Assembly: GCA_963777605.1 (NCBI GenBank)
Contig: CAVZRV010000029.1
Span: forward strand, 96,001 to 160,000
Length of the DNA: 64,000 bases
Source: an uncultured Acidobacteriota bacterium
GTDB lineage: Bacteria > Acidobacteriota > UBA6911 > RPQK01 > JAPXNP01
Reading direction: 5' to 3'
Shown: piece after piece, positions 46,944 through 58,134 of the stretch
How the letters are laid out: each line of letters begins with the position of its first letter
How positions within the stretch are numbered: position 1 is the stretch's first letter
The notes under the pieces: model-generated
The model's input: the letters and a program-made list of their open reading frames with translations, nothing else
Databases searched by the model: none
Told to the model about the DNA's origin: nothing
Made by a program: the position numbers and the translations under genes

Positions 46944-47540
46944 ATGGCGATATCGGCACAGCAGGTTAAGGAACTGCGTGAGAAGACGGGCGCCGGAATG
47001 ATGGAGTGCAAGAGCGCCCTGGTCGAGACGGACGGGAATCTGGATGCGGCCGTGAAGATTCTGCGGGAGCGGGGACTGGCAGCAGCTGCGAAGAAAGCCG
47101 GGCGGTCGACGCGCGAAGGGCTGGTCGGCCAGTACATCCATGCCGGCGGGAAGTTGGGCGTGCTGGTTGAGGTCAATTGCGAAACCGATTTCGTGGCCCG
47201 AACAGAGGAATTTGCCGAGTTGGTCAAGGACCTGGCGATGCAGATCGCGGCGGCAAACCCCCTCTACGTCCGCCGCGAGGACGTCCCTGAGGCAGTGCTG
47301 GCCCAGGAGAAGGAGATCCTCCACAAGCAGGCGGCCGGCGAAGGGAAACCGGCTCACATCGCCGACAAAATTGTTGAAGGACGCCTGAATAAATATTATG
47401 CTGACGTTTGCCTTTACGAGCAGACGTTTATCCGGGATAACGATCTGACGGTGGAGCAGCTGATCAAGAGCAAGATCGCGATCATCAAAGAAAACATTTC
47501 GGTAAACCGTTTCGTCAGGTTTCAGGTCGGCGAAGAGTAG
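46944..47540 (+). CDS. tsf: Elongation factor Ts (short form)
   Basis: VKELREKTGAGMMECK, EVNCETDFVA. Confidence 0.96.
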   Translation: MAISAQQVKELREKTGAGMMECKSALVETDGNLDAAVKILRERGLAAAAKKAGRSTREGLVGQYIHAGGKLGVLVEVNCETDFVARTEEFAELVKDLAMQIAAANPLYVRREDVPEAVLAQEKEILHKQAAGEGKPAHIADKIVEGRLNKYYADVCLYEQTFIRDNDLTVEQLIKSKIAIIKENISVNRFVRFQVGEE

Positions 47541-47635
47541 TCCTGAACATTTGTGTTGTCTGCTGAAGCAGAGATTATGGCTCCCCGGTCCTCGCAGGGA
47601 GCCTTGCGAATTGGACGGGGAGTTAAGGAGATCGC

Positions 47636-48406
47636 ATGTCGGGTGACACAGTCGGGAACCGTGAAGTTCCTGTTGTCGAGCCTGCGTCTCTGGAAGCCGC
47701 CGTTTACGATCGTGTCCTCATCAAGTTGAGTGGGGAGGCCCTCATGGGCGCCCTGAACTTCGGGATCGATCCGCCTGCCGTAGAGGACATTGCCCGCCAG
47801 ATCAAAGAAGTTCATCAACTCGGCGTTGAAGTAGCCATTGTCGTTGGCGGCGGAAACATGATCCGTGGCGCCAATGTTGCGGAAGCCGGATGGGACAGGG
47901 CCACCGGTGACTACATGGGAATGCTGGCGACTGTGATCAACGCACTCTCACTTCAGAATTCTCTGGAGAAGCTGGGGATATTCACCCGAGTCCTGAGTGC
48001 CATCCACATGGCTGAAGTGGCCGAGCCGTTCATCCGGCGGAGGGCAATCCGGCACCTGGAGAAGAAGCGGGTCGTTATCTTCGCGGGAGGGACGGGCAAC
48101 CCGTACTTCACCACCGACACCGCGGCGGCGCTGCGAGCCATGGAGATCCGGGCGCAGGTGATCATCAAGGCGACCAAGGTCGATGGGGTCTATGATTGTG
48201 ACCCGGTCCACAACGAAAATGCCGTGCGCTTCGAAGAGTTGACCTACTTTGAGGTGTTGAAACAGAACCTCAGGGTGATGGATGCTACTGCGATCGCGCT
48301 TTGCAGCGACAACAAACTCCCGATTGTTGTCCTCAACCTGTTCCAGCGGGGGAGTATCCGGCGGGCCGTCCTCGGTCACAAGGTCGGTTCTCTGATCCGG
48401 ACCTAG
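47636..48406 (+). CDS. pyrH: UMP kinase
   Basis: [28 protein letters not shown]. Confidence 0.96.
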   Translation: MSGDTVGNREVPVVEPASLEAAVYDRVLIKLSGEALMGALNFGIDPPAVEDIARQIKEVHQLGVEVAIVVGGGNMIRGANVAEAGWDRATGDYMGMLATVINALSLQNSLEKLGIFTRVLSAIHMAEVAEPFIRRRAIRHLEKKRVVIFAGGTGNPYFTTDTAAALRAMEIRAQVIIKATKVDGVYDCDPVHNENAVRFEELTYFEVLKQNLRVMDATAIALCSDNKLPIVVLNLFQRGSIRRAVLGHKVGSLIRT

Positions 48407-48417
48407 TGGAGACGCTT

Positions 48418-48975
48418 ATGACGAATGAAGTGTTGGCTGATACCCGACGACGTATGCAGAAAACGGTGGAAGATCTGAGCCAGCAACTGGCCACAATTCG
48501 CACGGGAAGAGCTTCGGTTCATTTGCTCGATCATCTGATGGTCGATTACTATGGGACTCTAACGCCCGTCAACCAGTTGGCTACCCTCCATGCCCCGGAA
48601 GCCAATCTGATCACCGTGCAGCCTTGGGATATTTCCCAGATCAATCAGATTGAGAAGGCCATCATGGCATCGGATCTCGGGCTGAATCCGAGCAATGACG
48701 GCAAGATTGTTCGCATTCCCATTCCGCAGTTGACCGAAGAGAGGCGCCGGTCACTGGCCAAGCAGGTCGGCAAGATTGCCGAGGATCATCGGACTGCAGT
48801 TCGGCAGGTCCGCCGGGATGCCAACGATAGGCTGAAGAAGTTGCAGAAGGACAAGGAAATCTCCGAGGACGATGAGTTCAAAGGGTTGGATGAGGTCCAG
48901 AAGGCCACGGATGAATTCATCAGCAACGTCGATGCCCTGGCCAAGGCCAAGGAAGACGAGATCCTGAACGACTGA
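48418..48975 (+). CDS. frr: Ribosome recycling factor
   Basis: IRTGRAS, YYG, LGLNP, LTEERR, RQVRRDAN. Confidence 0.96.
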   Translation: MTNEVLADTRRRMQKTVEDLSQQLATIRTGRASVHLLDHLMVDYYGTLTPVNQLATLHAPEANLITVQPWDISQINQIEKAIMASDLGLNPSNDGKIVRIPIPQLTEERRRSLAKQVGKIAEDHRTAVRQVRRDANDRLKKLQKDKEISEDDEFKGLDEVQKATDEFISNVDALAKAKEDEILND

Positions 48976-49250
48976 TCAGCCGTGGGGTGCGACGGGTTCG
49001 TAGGCCGGTCGGCGAGTTCGAAATGGGGTTCGAATCGGCTCCCACCCCCAACCAGGGCTGGCTGGGTGACATTCCTGGTTGAATGCCTCGAAAACTCCGG
49101 CTGAGTCCCTTTTGTGAAGCTCCTCGTCGCCGGTTCGTCCAATCCTCATTCCAATAATTCTTCAAAGTTGAGACCCGCCGTCTGTCATCAGATCCTCTGC
49201 TATAATCGCCTGTTGAACAACAACCAGGACTTGTCCCAGGCGCCAGTGGA

Positions 49251-49829
49251 ATGACCGAAGAGAAAGAGGTGCGGCTCGAACAGCAACCTTCCCATGAGAC
49301 GATGCCCCAAGCCTCATTGCTGGGAGAGTTGAAGAGCTGGGTTCGAGATATTGTTTTTGCGGCTCTCACTGCGGTGCTCATTGTCGTATTCGTGATTCAG
49401 CCGGTTAAAGTTGAAGGCACCAGCATGCAGCCACGCCTCTACGACCAGGAGCGGATTTTCGTCAACAAGTTCGTGTACCGGCTTTCCGAAATCGACCGCG
49501 AGGATATCGTGGTCTTCTGGTATCCGAGAGACACTGGCAAGTCCTTCATTAAACGGGTTATCGGCCTCCCCGGCGAAGAAGTCTACATTCGTGACGGAAT
49601 CGTCTATATAAACGGGGAAGTGCTGCACGAGCCCTATGTTCCCCTCGAGTACTTCGACCCCTCATCGTTCGGTCCCGTTGTTGTTCCTGAACACGCCTAC
49701 TTCGTCCTCGGGGACCATCGCAACTCGAGCAATGACAGCCGGAACTGGGGGATGGTCCCGGCACGAAATGTCTTTGGCAAGGCGGTCTTGAGATACTGGC
49801 CTCTGGCCAGGTTCGGTTTGATCGACTAG
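49251..49829 (+). CDS. lepB: Signal peptidase I
   Basis: GTSMQP, FIKRVIGLPGE, LGDHRNSSNDSR; TGcTATAAT at 49198-49206 upstream. Confidence 0.93.
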   Translation: MTEEKEVRLEQQPSHETMPQASLLGELKSWVRDIVFAALTAVLIVVFVIQPVKVEGTSMQPRLYDQERIFVNKFVYRLSEIDREDIVVFWYPRDTGKSFIKRVIGLPGEEVYIRDGIVYINGEVLHEPYVPLEYFDPSSFGPVVVPEHAYFVLGDHRNSSNDSRNWGMVPARNVFGKAVLRYWPLARFGLID

Positions 49830-49844
49830 GATTCAGAGTTCTTC

Positions 49845-50963
49845 ATGACGACTAAGGAAAAATCGAGAACAGTACTCTACCTTGAGAACGGCTCGCTGTA
49901 CGAGGGTTCCTCCTTTGGTGCGGTCGGCGAGCAGCTTGGAGAGGTGGTGTTCAACACGTCGATGACGGGTTACCAGGAGATCCTGACGGATCCCTCCTAC
50001 GCGGGTCAAATCGTGGTCATGACCCAGCCCGAAATCGGTAACTACGGTACCAACCGGGAAGACACCGAGTCACGGCAGCCCTTTGTTAGGGGGTTCGTGG
50101 TTCGCGAGTGCAGCCGGTTGTACAGCAACTGGAGAGCGGACGAAGGGCTCTCGGACTACCTGGCTTCTCACGGGATCTGTGGGATCGCGGATATCGACAC
50201 TCGAAAGCTGGTTCGAGAGATCCGGGAGGTCGGAGCGATGCGGGGGATCATCTCCGCTCGTGACTTCGACCCCGAGGTGCTGGCCGGGAAGGTTCAGTCC
50301 CACCCCCCCATGGCTGGAAGTGACTACGTCCGGACCGTCACCTCCGAGTCCAGCTACGGATGGGAGACTGAGGAGCCCCGATTCCGTGTCGTTGCCTACG
50401 ATTTTGGGATCAAGTCGAACATACTGCGATCCCTCTCAGCGAGAGGATGCAACCTCACGGTCGTTCCGGCCCGCACCTCTTCGAGCGAAGTACTGGGGCT
50501 GAAGCCGGACGGAGTTTTTCTTTCCAACGGTCCAGGCGACCCCGAACCGCTCGATTACGCAGTTGACAGTGTCCGCGGCCTGATTGGCAGAGTCCCTCTT
50601 TTCGGAATCTGCCTTGGCCACCAGATCCTGGGACTGGCCTTGGGAGGGCGGACGTTCAAACTGAAATTTGGTCATCGGGGAGCTAACCAGCCGGTCAAGA
50701 ACCTGAGGACGGGCCGCGTCGAGATCACGAGCCAGAATCACGGGTTTGCGGTAGACCCCGGTTCGCTCAACCCGGACATCGCGGAGTTGACTCACGTCAA
50801 CCTCAACGACCAGACCGTCGAGGGGCTGAGACACCGCAGCGAACCGGCGTTCTCGGTTCAGTATCACCCGGAAGCCTCCCCCGGGCCCCACGATTCCTAC
50901 TACCTTTTCGACGACTTTGTTGAGTTGATGGCGGAGTGCAGGAAAGGCGATCCGAAACCCTAG
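49845..50963 (+). CDS. carA: Carbamoyl-phosphate synthase small subunit
   Basis: [41 protein letters not shown]. Confidence 0.97.
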   Translation: MTTKEKSRTVLYLENGSLYEGSSFGAVGEQLGEVVFNTSMTGYQEILTDPSYAGQIVVMTQPEIGNYGTNREDTESRQPFVRGFVVRECSRLYSNWRADEGLSDYLASHGICGIADIDTRKLVREIREVGAMRGIISARDFDPEVLAGKVQSHPPMAGSDYVRTVTSESSYGWETEEPRFRVVAYDFGIKSNILRSLSARGCNLTVVPARTSSSEVLGLKPDGVFLSNGPGDPEPLDYAVDSVRGLIGRVPLFGICLGHQILGLALGGRTFKLKFGHRGANQPVKNLRTGRVEITSQNHGFAVDPGSLNPDIAELTHVNLNDQTVEGLRHRSEPAFSVQYHPEASPGPHDSYYLFDDFVELMAECRKGDPKP

Positions 50964-51090
50964 CCCCCGTTTCCGCTCAGTCACTTCGCTTCACCCAGCC
51001 TCGCATCGGAGAAGGGCCGACTCGAAGGGCCAGGACGCGGTAACAATAAATTGAGCGTGCCAGAATCGATACATTCAACCGGAATCTGAT

Positions 51091-54000
51091 ATGCCTAGAA
51101 GAAATGACCTCAAGAAAATCCTAATCATAGGCTCGGGGCCGATCGTCATCGGACAGGCCTGCGAGTTTGACTACTCCGGAACGCAGGCATGCAAGGCGCT
51201 GCTGGCTGACGGCTACGAAGTGGTGCTGGTGAACTCCAACCCGGCAACCATTATGACCGATCCCGAGTTCGCCACCCGCACCTACATCGAGCCTCTGGCG
51301 GTCGAGTATGTTTCAGAGATTATCCGGCGGGAACGGCCCGATGCCCTGCTGCCCACGGTGGGTGGTCAGACCGGCCTGAACGTCTCGGTCGATCTCTGCG
51401 AGAGGGGAATTTTGGAGGAACTGGGTGTGGAGATGGTTGGCGCCAAGCTGGGTGCCATCCGGGTTGCGGAAGATCGGAGGCTGTTTCGGGCGGCGATGGA
51501 GGAAATCGGCCTGGAGGTTCCCAGTTCGGGATTTGCCAACAGCCTCAAGGAGGCCCAGTCGCTGCTCGAAACCGTGGGACTGCCGGCCGTTATTCGACCA
51601 TCCTTTACTCTCGGCGGGACTGGAGGCGGCATTGCCTTCAACTCGGAGGAATTTGCAGAGATCGCGAGTCGGGGGCTCCAGCTTTCACCCATCCACGAAA
51701 TCATGGTGGAAGAGTCGATCCTGGGTTGGAAGGAGTTTGAACTCGAGGTCATGCGGGACCTCAACGACAACGTCGTGATTATCTGTTCGATTGAGAACTT
51801 CGATCCCATGGGAGTTCACACCGGCGATTCGATTACGGTGGCTCCGGCCCAGACTCTGACCGACCGTGAATACCAGGTGCTGCGTGATGCCGCTATTCGA
51901 ATCATCCGTCGGGTCGGGGTTGAAACGGGTGGGTCGAACATCCAGTTCGCCACTAACCCGACCACCGGCCGGATGGTGGTGATCGAGATGAACCCGCGGG
52001 TCAGCCGCAGTTCGGCCCTGGCGTCGAAGGCGACCGGCTTCCCAATCGCGAAGATTGCCGCGAAACTGGCGGTTGGGTACACCCTGGACGAATTGCCCAA
52101 CGACATCACTCTCAAGACTCCGGCCTGCTTCGAACCGACCCTCGACTATGTCGTTGTCAAGATTCCCAAGTGGAACTTCGAGAAGTTTCCCGAGGCGAAG
52201 CCGATTCTGGGGACTCAGATGAAGTCGGTCGGCGAGGTGATGTCGATTGGTCGGACCTTCCGGGAGGCTCTTGGGAAAGGCCTCCGGTCCCTGGAGACCG
52301 GCAAGAGCCTGGCCCAGGAGAAGATCTTTCCCGAGCAGATTCGTGAAAACCTGATCCAGCCCGGTCCACAAAGACTGGCCTACGTGCAGCGGGCCTTCGA
52401 GGAAGGGATCACGCTCGAGCAGATTCACGAATGGACCCAGGTGGATCGCTGGTTCCTCGACCAGTTCAAACAGGTCCTGGAACTGGAGTCGACCCTCAAA
52501 GGGCGCAGCCTGGATTCACTGACCCGAGACGAGTGGCTTCTGGCCAAGCGGGAAGGCATTTCGGACCAGCGCCTCGCGCAACTGGTTGCGCCGAATCCGG
52601 AGGTGGACGAAGTCGGAGTCCGGAACCGGCGTAAAGAACTGGATGTCCGGCCGGTGTTCAAGTGCGTAGACACCTGCGCCGCCGAGTTCGAGTCCTACAC
52701 TCCCTACTTCTACTCCTCCTTTGAGTCCGAAGACGAGAGCCGTCCCAGCGATCTCCGCAAGATCATTATCCTGGGAAGCGGTCCGAACCGCATTGGCCAG
52801 GGTATCGAATTCGATTACTGTTGCTGCCATGCCTCGTTCGCTCTCCATGACGAGGGTTTCGAGACGATCATGGTGAACTGCAACCCCGAGACCGTCTCGA
52901 CCGACTACGACACGTCGGATCGCCTCTACTTTGAGCCTCTCACTTTTGAAGACGTCATGGCCATCGTTGACAATGAGAAGCCGCACGGGGTGATTGTCCA
53001 GTTCGGTGGTCAAACGCCACTCAAGCTCTCGGGGAAGCTCCACGAGGCCGGAGTGCCGATCATCGGTACTTCGCCCGACTCGATTGATCTGGCGGAGGAC
53101 CGAAAGCGTTTCGGGCAACTGCTCGAGGAGTTGGATATCCCTCAGCCGGCCAACGGTACGGCGATGTCTTACGATGAAGCGCTGGCCGTCGCCCGCAGGA
53201 TCGGGTACCCGGTCCTGGTCCGGCCCTCGTACGTCCTGGGTGGTCGGGCGATGGCGATCATTTACGATGACGTGGCCCTGCGCAAGTACGTCACAGACGC
53301 GGTGGACATCTCGCCGGAACACCCAATTCTCATCGACAGGTTCCTCGAGGACGCGTTCGAGTACGACGTGGATGCGCTCTGCGACGGAGAAGAGGTGGTT
53401 ATCGGGGGAATTATGCAGCACGTTGAAGAGGCGGGCATCCACTCGGGTGACAGCACGTCGGTGCTGCCCCCGATGGCATCCGACGAGGCCACTCTTGCGG
53501 CAATGACCGACTACACCCGCCGGCTCGCGAAGGCGCTCAACGTCGTGGGATTGATGAACGTCCAGTTCGCCAAGCTGGCCGGAGTGGTCTACGTGCTCGA
53601 GGTGAATCCACGGGCGAGCCGGACCGTTCCTTTCGTCAGCAAGGCTACCGGAGTCCCGCTGGCTAAGATGGCGGCGCGGCTGATGGTGGGCCGCAAGCTT
53701 CGTGAGTTGGGCCTGACCCAGGACCTCGTGGTGAATTCCTGCTTTGTGAAGAGCCCGGTCTTTCCTTTCGCCAAGTTCCCCGGCGTGGACACGATCACCG
53801 GGCCGGAGATGCGATCGACCGGTGAGGTGATGGGAGCCGCCGAGAACTTTGGCTATGCTTACGCCAAGGCGATGATTTCTGCAGGCGTGCACCTGCCCCG
53901 GAGAGGGGTAGTCTTCATCAGTGTCAACGAGCGGGACAAGATGAACGTGATTTCGATTGCCCGCGACTTCGAACAGCTCGGTTTTCGGATCGTAGCCACG

Positions 54001-54306
54001 CGCGGGACTTCGCAGGCGTTGAAAGTGGCCGGGATGTCGGTGGACACGGTTTACAAGGTCAACGAGGGACGGCCCAACGTAGTGGACCTGATCAAGAGCC
54101 GGCGTGTTCAACTGGTGATCAACACGCCCCTCGGCCGGGAGTCCTTCTTCGACGAGCGGGCGATCCGGCGGGCAGCGACCCAGTACGGCATGCCCTGCAT
54201 TACCACGCTCAGTGCCGCCCGGGCAGCCGTAAGCGCGATCCACGCCCTGCAAAGAGAAGAACTAAAAGTCCGCAGTCTCCAGGAATACCACGGCGAACAT
54301 TTGTGA
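51091..54306 (+). CDS. carB: Carbamoyl-phosphate synthase large subunit
   Basis: [27 protein letters not shown], second ATP-grasp domain, C-terminal MGS domain. Confidence 0.98.
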   Translation: MPRRNDLKKILIIGSGPIVIGQACEFDYSGTQACKALLADGYEVVLVNSNPATIMTDPEFATRTYIEPLAVEYVSEIIRRERPDALLPTVGGQTGLNVSVDLCERGILEELGVEMVGAKLGAIRVAEDRRLFRAAMEEIGLEVPSSGFANSLKEAQSLLETVGLPAVIRPSFTLGGTGGGIAFNSEEFAEIASRGLQLSPIHEIMVEESILGWKEFELEVMRDLNDNVVIICSIENFDPMGVHTGDSITVAPAQTLTDREYQVLRDAAIRIIRRVGVETGGSNIQFATNPTTGRMVVIEMNPRVSRSSALASKATGFPIAKIAAKLAVGYTLDELPNDITLKTPACFEPTLDYVVVKIPKWNFEKFPEAKPILGTQMKSVGEVMSIGRTFREALGKGLRSLETGKSLAQEKIFPEQIRENLIQPGPQRLAYVQRAFEEGITLEQIHEWTQVDRWFLDQFKQVLELESTLKGRSLDSLTRDEWLLAKREGISDQRLAQLVAPNPEVDEVGVRNRRKELDVRPVFKCVDTCAAEFESYTPYFYSSFESEDESRPSDLRKIIILGSGPNRIGQGIEFDYCCCHASFALHDEGFETIMVNCNPETVSTDYDTSDRLYFEPLTFEDVMAIVDNEKPHGVIVQFGGQTPLKLSGKLHEAGVPIIGTSPDSIDLAEDRKRFGQLLEELDIPQPANGTAMSYDEALAVARRIGYPVLVRPSYVLGGRAMAIIYDDVALRKYVTDAVDISPEHPILIDRFLEDAFEYDVDALCDGEEVVIGGIMQHVEEAGIHSGDSTSVLPPMASDEATLAAMTDYTRRLAKALNVVGLMNVQFAKLAGVVYVLEVNPRASRTVPFVSKATGVPLAKMAARLMVGRKLRELGLTQDLVVNSCFVKSPVFPFAKFPGVDTITGPEMRSTGEVMGAAENFGYAYAKAMISAGVHLPRRGVVFISVNERDKMNVISIARDFEQLGFRIVATRGTSQALKVAGMSVDTVYKVNEGRPNVVDLIKSRRVQLVINTPLGRESFFDERAIRRAATQYGMPCITTLSAARAAVSAIHALQREELKVRSLQEYHGEHL

Positions 54307-54397
54307 TTTTTGATTTGTGATTGGTTCCGTTGATTTTGGAGTACTGCCTTGTTGTCCGAAGAGTCGATAAACTGACGCCAAATCAAAAATCACAAAT
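54296..54397. repeat. About 100 bp element with 19-bp terminal inverted repeats built from heptads
   Basis: ATTTGTGATTTTTGATTTG (54299-54317) and CAAATCAAAAATCACAAAT (54379-54397), between convergent carB and speA. Confidence 0.85.
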
Positions 54398-54405
54398 CGT
54401 AGATC

Positions 54406-56349
54406 TTAAGTGTTAGTGGTTAGGTAGGTTTGGTCCTGGAGACCTTTTTTGTAGTTCTCGAGCAGCTTCATTCCTTCGTTGGGTTTGAGACGGTTGGAAC
54501 GGATCTGGGAGTCAACCAGCTTCTTGAACTGCTTGATCAGGTCCTTTTGGTCGTATTGCATCGTTGAAAGGATCTCACCAATGGTGCTCCCCTCGATCTT
54601 CTCTTCGATGTAGAAGCCGTCTTCCTCGTCGTCGTCGAGGAAGACGTGTACCTCATTAACCCGTCCGAACAGGTTGTGGTTGTCCCCCATGATGTCCTGG
54701 TAGGCTCCGGTCAGGAAGATCCCCAGGTAGTAGTCGTCTCCCCGCTCGAAATCGTGAAGCGGCAGGCTGGAGGCCACGTCCGCCAGGTCGATGAAGCGGG
54801 ATACCTTCCCGTCCGAATCGCACGTAATGTCGACCAGTGTGCTGCTGACGGTCGGTTTCTCGTTCAGCCGGTGAATTGGGATGATTGGAAAGACCTGGCC
54901 CAGGGCCCAGTGGTCGAGCAATGACTGGAAGACCGAGAAATTACAGATGTGCTGGTCGGCCAACTGGTCGGAGAGTCCCGCGAGTTCTTCTGGAATCTCA
55001 TTCGACTCTTCGGCAGGCAATTCTCGGCGGATCCGCTCTGCAATTCGCCAGTAGAGGATTTCGATGGCGGCCTTGGTTTCGAGGTCGAGAACCCCGACCT
55101 CGAACATCTTCTGGGCTTCCTGGCGGACCTGCAGCAGGTCGTGCCACGACTCCAGCAGGTTCACCGGGTTCAGGTGCGATTCTGTGTAGAGCAGGTCCCG
55201 AACCAGACGATGGTCGGTGTTGGGAATTTCCTGAATGACCCGGTCGGGGCTTTTCCGGATCGACCCGAATGTGGTGACGACGAGGACCGAGTGGTGGGCC
55301 ACCAGGGCGCGGCCGGACTCTGAGAGGATGCACGGTTGAGGGACTCCCTCGCTGGCGCAAACGTCCAGGATGTTGTAGACGACGTCACGGGCGTATTCCT
55401 CAACGGTATAGTTCATCGAGGAGTGAAAACTCGACCGGGAACCATCATAGTCGACGGCCAACCCACCGCCTACATCAACGAATTCGATCTCGTGGCCCAT
55501 CTTTCGCAGCTTGGCGTAGTACCGGCTGATTTCACGAACCGCAGCCTTTACGGTCAGGATGTCGGGGATCTGAGAGCCGATGTGAAAGTGGAGAAGCTTG
55601 AGAGAGCCGGTGAATCCTCCGTCGATGAGCATCTGGATTCCGGTCAGGGCCTCGGCCGTGGAGAGGCCGAACTTGGCAAGTTCACCACCCGAGTGAGCCC
55701 AGTTTCCGGTTCCTTCCGTTGAAAGCCTCATTCTCAGTCCAACTTCGGGGGCGACTTCCATTTCCTTGGCCAGTTGCACGATCAGGTTGATCTCCGACAG
55801 CTTTTCCGCGACCAGGATCACTCGCTTGCCGAGTTTCTGCCCGGTGAGCGCTGCCCGGACGTAGTTGGCATCCTTATAGCCGTTGCAGATGATGAGCGGA
55901 TCCTTGCTTTGGGGGAATGCCAGTGCAGCGTAGAGTTCCGGCTTGGAGCCCGCCTCCAGCCCGAGATTGTACGGTTGACCGGCATCCAGAATCTCTTCAA
56001 CAACTTCCCGAAGCTGGTTTACCTTTACCGGGTAGACGGTCCGGTAGGTGTTCTCGAAGCCGTACTCCGCCATGGCCTGGCGGAATGCCTCGTTCAACAC
56101 GCGGACGCGGTCGCGCAGGATATCCTGGAATCGAACCAGCAGCGGAGTCTGAAGGCCTTGTTCAAGCGCTTGCTGGAGGACTTTGTAGATGGATACGGAT
56201 GAACCGCCCTCGAGCATCGGGGCGACGGTCACTTCACCGTCGGCATTGACACCAAAATAGCCTGAACCCCATCGATCTATCAGATAGAGTTCGCGTGAAT
56301 TCCGGGTTGTCCATTCGGTTGCTTCGGTGTTGGAATTGGTTCTTTGCAA
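54406..56349 (-). CDS. speA: Biosynthetic arginine decarboxylase
   Basis: YPVKVNQ, GLEAGSKPE, HFHIGSQ, DVGGGL, ITCDSDG, GAYQDIMG-HNLFG. Confidence 0.95.
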   Translation of the reverse strand: MQRTNSNTEATEWTTRNSRELYLIDRWGSGYFGVNADGEVTVAPMLEGGSSVSIYKVLQQALEQGLQTPLLVRFQDILRDRVRVLNEAFRQAMAEYGFENTYRTVYPVKVNQLREVVEEILDAGQPYNLGLEAGSKPELYAALAFPQSKDPLIICNGYKDANYVRAALTGQKLGKRVILVAEKLSEINLIVQLAKEMEVAPEVGLRMRLSTEGTGNWAHSGGELAKFGLSTAEALTGIQMLIDGGFTGSLKLLHFHIGSQIPDILTVKAAVREISRYYAKLRKMGHEIEFVDVGGGLAVDYDGSRSSFHSSMNYTVEEYARDVVYNILDVCASEGVPQPCILSESGRALVAHHSVLVVTTFGSIRKSPDRVIQEIPNTDHRLVRDLLYTESHLNPVNLLESWHDLLQVRQEAQKMFEVGVLDLETKAAIEILYWRIAERIRRELPAEESNEIPEELAGLSDQLADQHICNFSVFQSLLDHWALGQVFPIIPIHRLNEKPTVSSTLVDITCDSDGKVSRFIDLADVASSLPLHDFERGDDYYLGIFLTGAYQDIMGDNHNLFGRVNEVHVFLDDDEEDGFYIEEKIEGSTIGEILSTMQYDQKDLIKQFKKLVDSQIRSNRLKPNEGMKLLENYKKGLQDQTYLTTNT

Positions 56350-56409
56350 CTGAGGTCTCTCCCTTGTCTCTATTTGGATACCGACTTTTGAGGGAGCCGG
56401 CAGCGGATC

Positions 56410-57474
56410 TTACCGGTCTGTCTTCTCGGTAGGGGATCCAGCGCTGACAGGATGCTCGTTCTTCAAGAATGTGTGCGGGTCGATAACCCGTCCGTGTTCA
56501 AGGACGCTTCCTCGAACTACCGACCCGTGATCGATCGTCACGCCTTCTCCCAAGACTGAATCCTGAATCTGAGTATACGCTCCGATGACGCAGCTTGGGC
56601 CAATTTGAGTCTGTCCCAGAATAATGGCTCCGGGGTGGACAACGGTGTCTGGGCCGATCGCTACTGTGTCGTCGATGAAAGTCTTTTCGGGATCGAGAAG
56701 GGTGACTCCTGAACGCATCAGGCGGGTGTTGATCCGTTTCCTGAGCCGGTTCTCCGCGGCGGCCAATTCGGTGCGGTCATTGATCCCGAAGACGTCGTCG
56801 CTGACCGGATAGCAGAGTGTTTCGACTCGCTTTCCCTGTGCATTCAGAATCTTTACGAGGTCGGTCAGGTAGTATTCGCCGGCTTTGTTGTCGTTTCGGA
56901 GCGAATCGAGCGACTCCGCGAGAACTTCGACATCGATGCAGGCAAAGCCGGCGTTAATCTCGCGGATGGCTTTCTGCTCCGAGGTCGCCTCCTTCTCCTC
57001 GACGATGTCGGTAATCCTCCCTCCGGAGTCGCGGACGATGCGCCCGTATCCGGTCGGGTTTTCCAGCTCAACGGTGAGGAGAACCTCGGCGGCGCCGGTT
57101 TGCTCCCGGACACGGAAGAGTTCTTCCAGCGTTTCGGTCGGAATGAGTGGAGTGTCACCGTAAAGGACGATCAGGCTGCCGGTCAGGCCGAGAAAGCCCG
57201 ATCGTGCCGACATGACCGCGTGCCCGGTGCCCAGTTGCCTGTCCTGCTGCGCGAACTCAACCGAGTATGAAGAGAGAGCCTTCCGAACCTGCTCACTCCC
57301 GTCTCCCACGACGACCCAGGTTCGCCCGATGCCAACCTCGGGTAGCCGGTCGAGCAGGTAGGAAATCATTGGCCGGCCGCAAACTTCGTGGAGAACCTTA
57401 GGTTTCTCCGACCTGAACCGCGTACCTTTTCCGGCTGCGAGGACAACGGCGTAGCGGGGCAGCTGCAGGCTCAT
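56410..57474 (-). CDS. glmU: GlmU-like N-acetylglucosamine-1-phosphate uridylyltransferase with truncated acetyltransferase domain
   Basis: LAAGKGTR, QLGTGHAV, YGDTPL, GYGRI, EYYLTD; only a few hexapeptide coils, 354 aa. Confidence 0.8.
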   Translation of the reverse strand: MSLQLPRYAVVLAAGKGTRFRSEKPKVLHEVCGRPMISYLLDRLPEVGIGRTWVVVGDGSEQVRKALSSYSVEFAQQDRQLGTGHAVMSARSGFLGLTGSLIVLYGDTPLIPTETLEELFRVREQTGAAEVLLTVELENPTGYGRIVRDSGGRITDIVEEKEATSEQKAIREINAGFACIDVEVLAESLDSLRNDNKAGEYYLTDLVKILNAQGKRVETLCYPVSDDVFGINDRTELAAAENRLRKRINTRLMRSGVTLLDPEKTFIDDTVAIGPDTVVHPGAIILGQTQIGPSCVIGAYTQIQDSVLGEGVTIDHGSVVRGSVLEHGRVIDPHTFLKNEHPVSAGSPTEKTDR

Positions 57475-57483
57475 TGTGGAACT

Positions 57484-58006
57484 CTAGTCACCCACCCCGA
57501 GCAGCAAGCGGAACTCACTGGAATCTTCGATTTTCTCGAAATCGGGGTCATTGGCGACGATGAAGCGACTGTCGGGCTTCAGTTCGATGGCGACCTTCAG
57601 ATGGTGAATTGCTTCATCGGGCTTGTTCTGAAGAGCCCTCGAGGCAGCGATTCCGTAATGTACGTAATGGAGGTCTTTCCCGGCGATTTCCAGGGCCTTA
57701 CGAAACTGCTCGACGGCAACGTCGTACTGCCCACTGTTGTGGCTGAACACGGCCAGATTGTAGAAGTCTTCTACTGTCAACCGCTTGTGATTCTCTTCGT
57801 TCTTGCGCTCAATGCGGTCGGTGCAAACCCTGCTCAGCATTCGGACCCGAGCCAACACCTCGACGTCGTCGGGGCGCTCTTTTTCGATCTGGCCAAATTT
57901 CCGAAGCGCTGATGCATAGTCGCCGTCGTACAGGTGGATCAAACCCTGTTCGTAGAGTTCGTAGACCGTGTTTACGTTCGAGTCCTTTTTTAACCTTTGC
58001 AGCCAT
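57484..58006 (-). CDS. TPR protein with an apparent +1 frameshift in an A6 run near the 5' end
   Basis: RBS plus ATG 58006 (MAAKVKK) is out of frame with DSNVNTVYELYEQGLIHLY...; C-terminal TPR with ANDPDF. Confidence 0.6.
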
Positions 58007-58134
58007 AGGCCTCCCTACCCAACATGTTGATGCAGCCCGCAGCCCGAAAGCTCAGGCGGGCGAAATATGAACGCCTATTTTTATAGGAACGGCTCCCTTT
58101 GAGTCAAGGCTGAGGGATTTCAGCCCCTTGGGTT

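Noticed and set aside
49020-49060. tRNA-like GGTTCGAATC...ACCA sequence after frr
   Set aside because: No T-stem, acceptor stem or anticodon arm can be formed
57985-57992. Programmed -1 frameshift at A-AAA-AAG
   Set aside because: Joining the upstream ATG frame to the TPR frame needs +1, not -1
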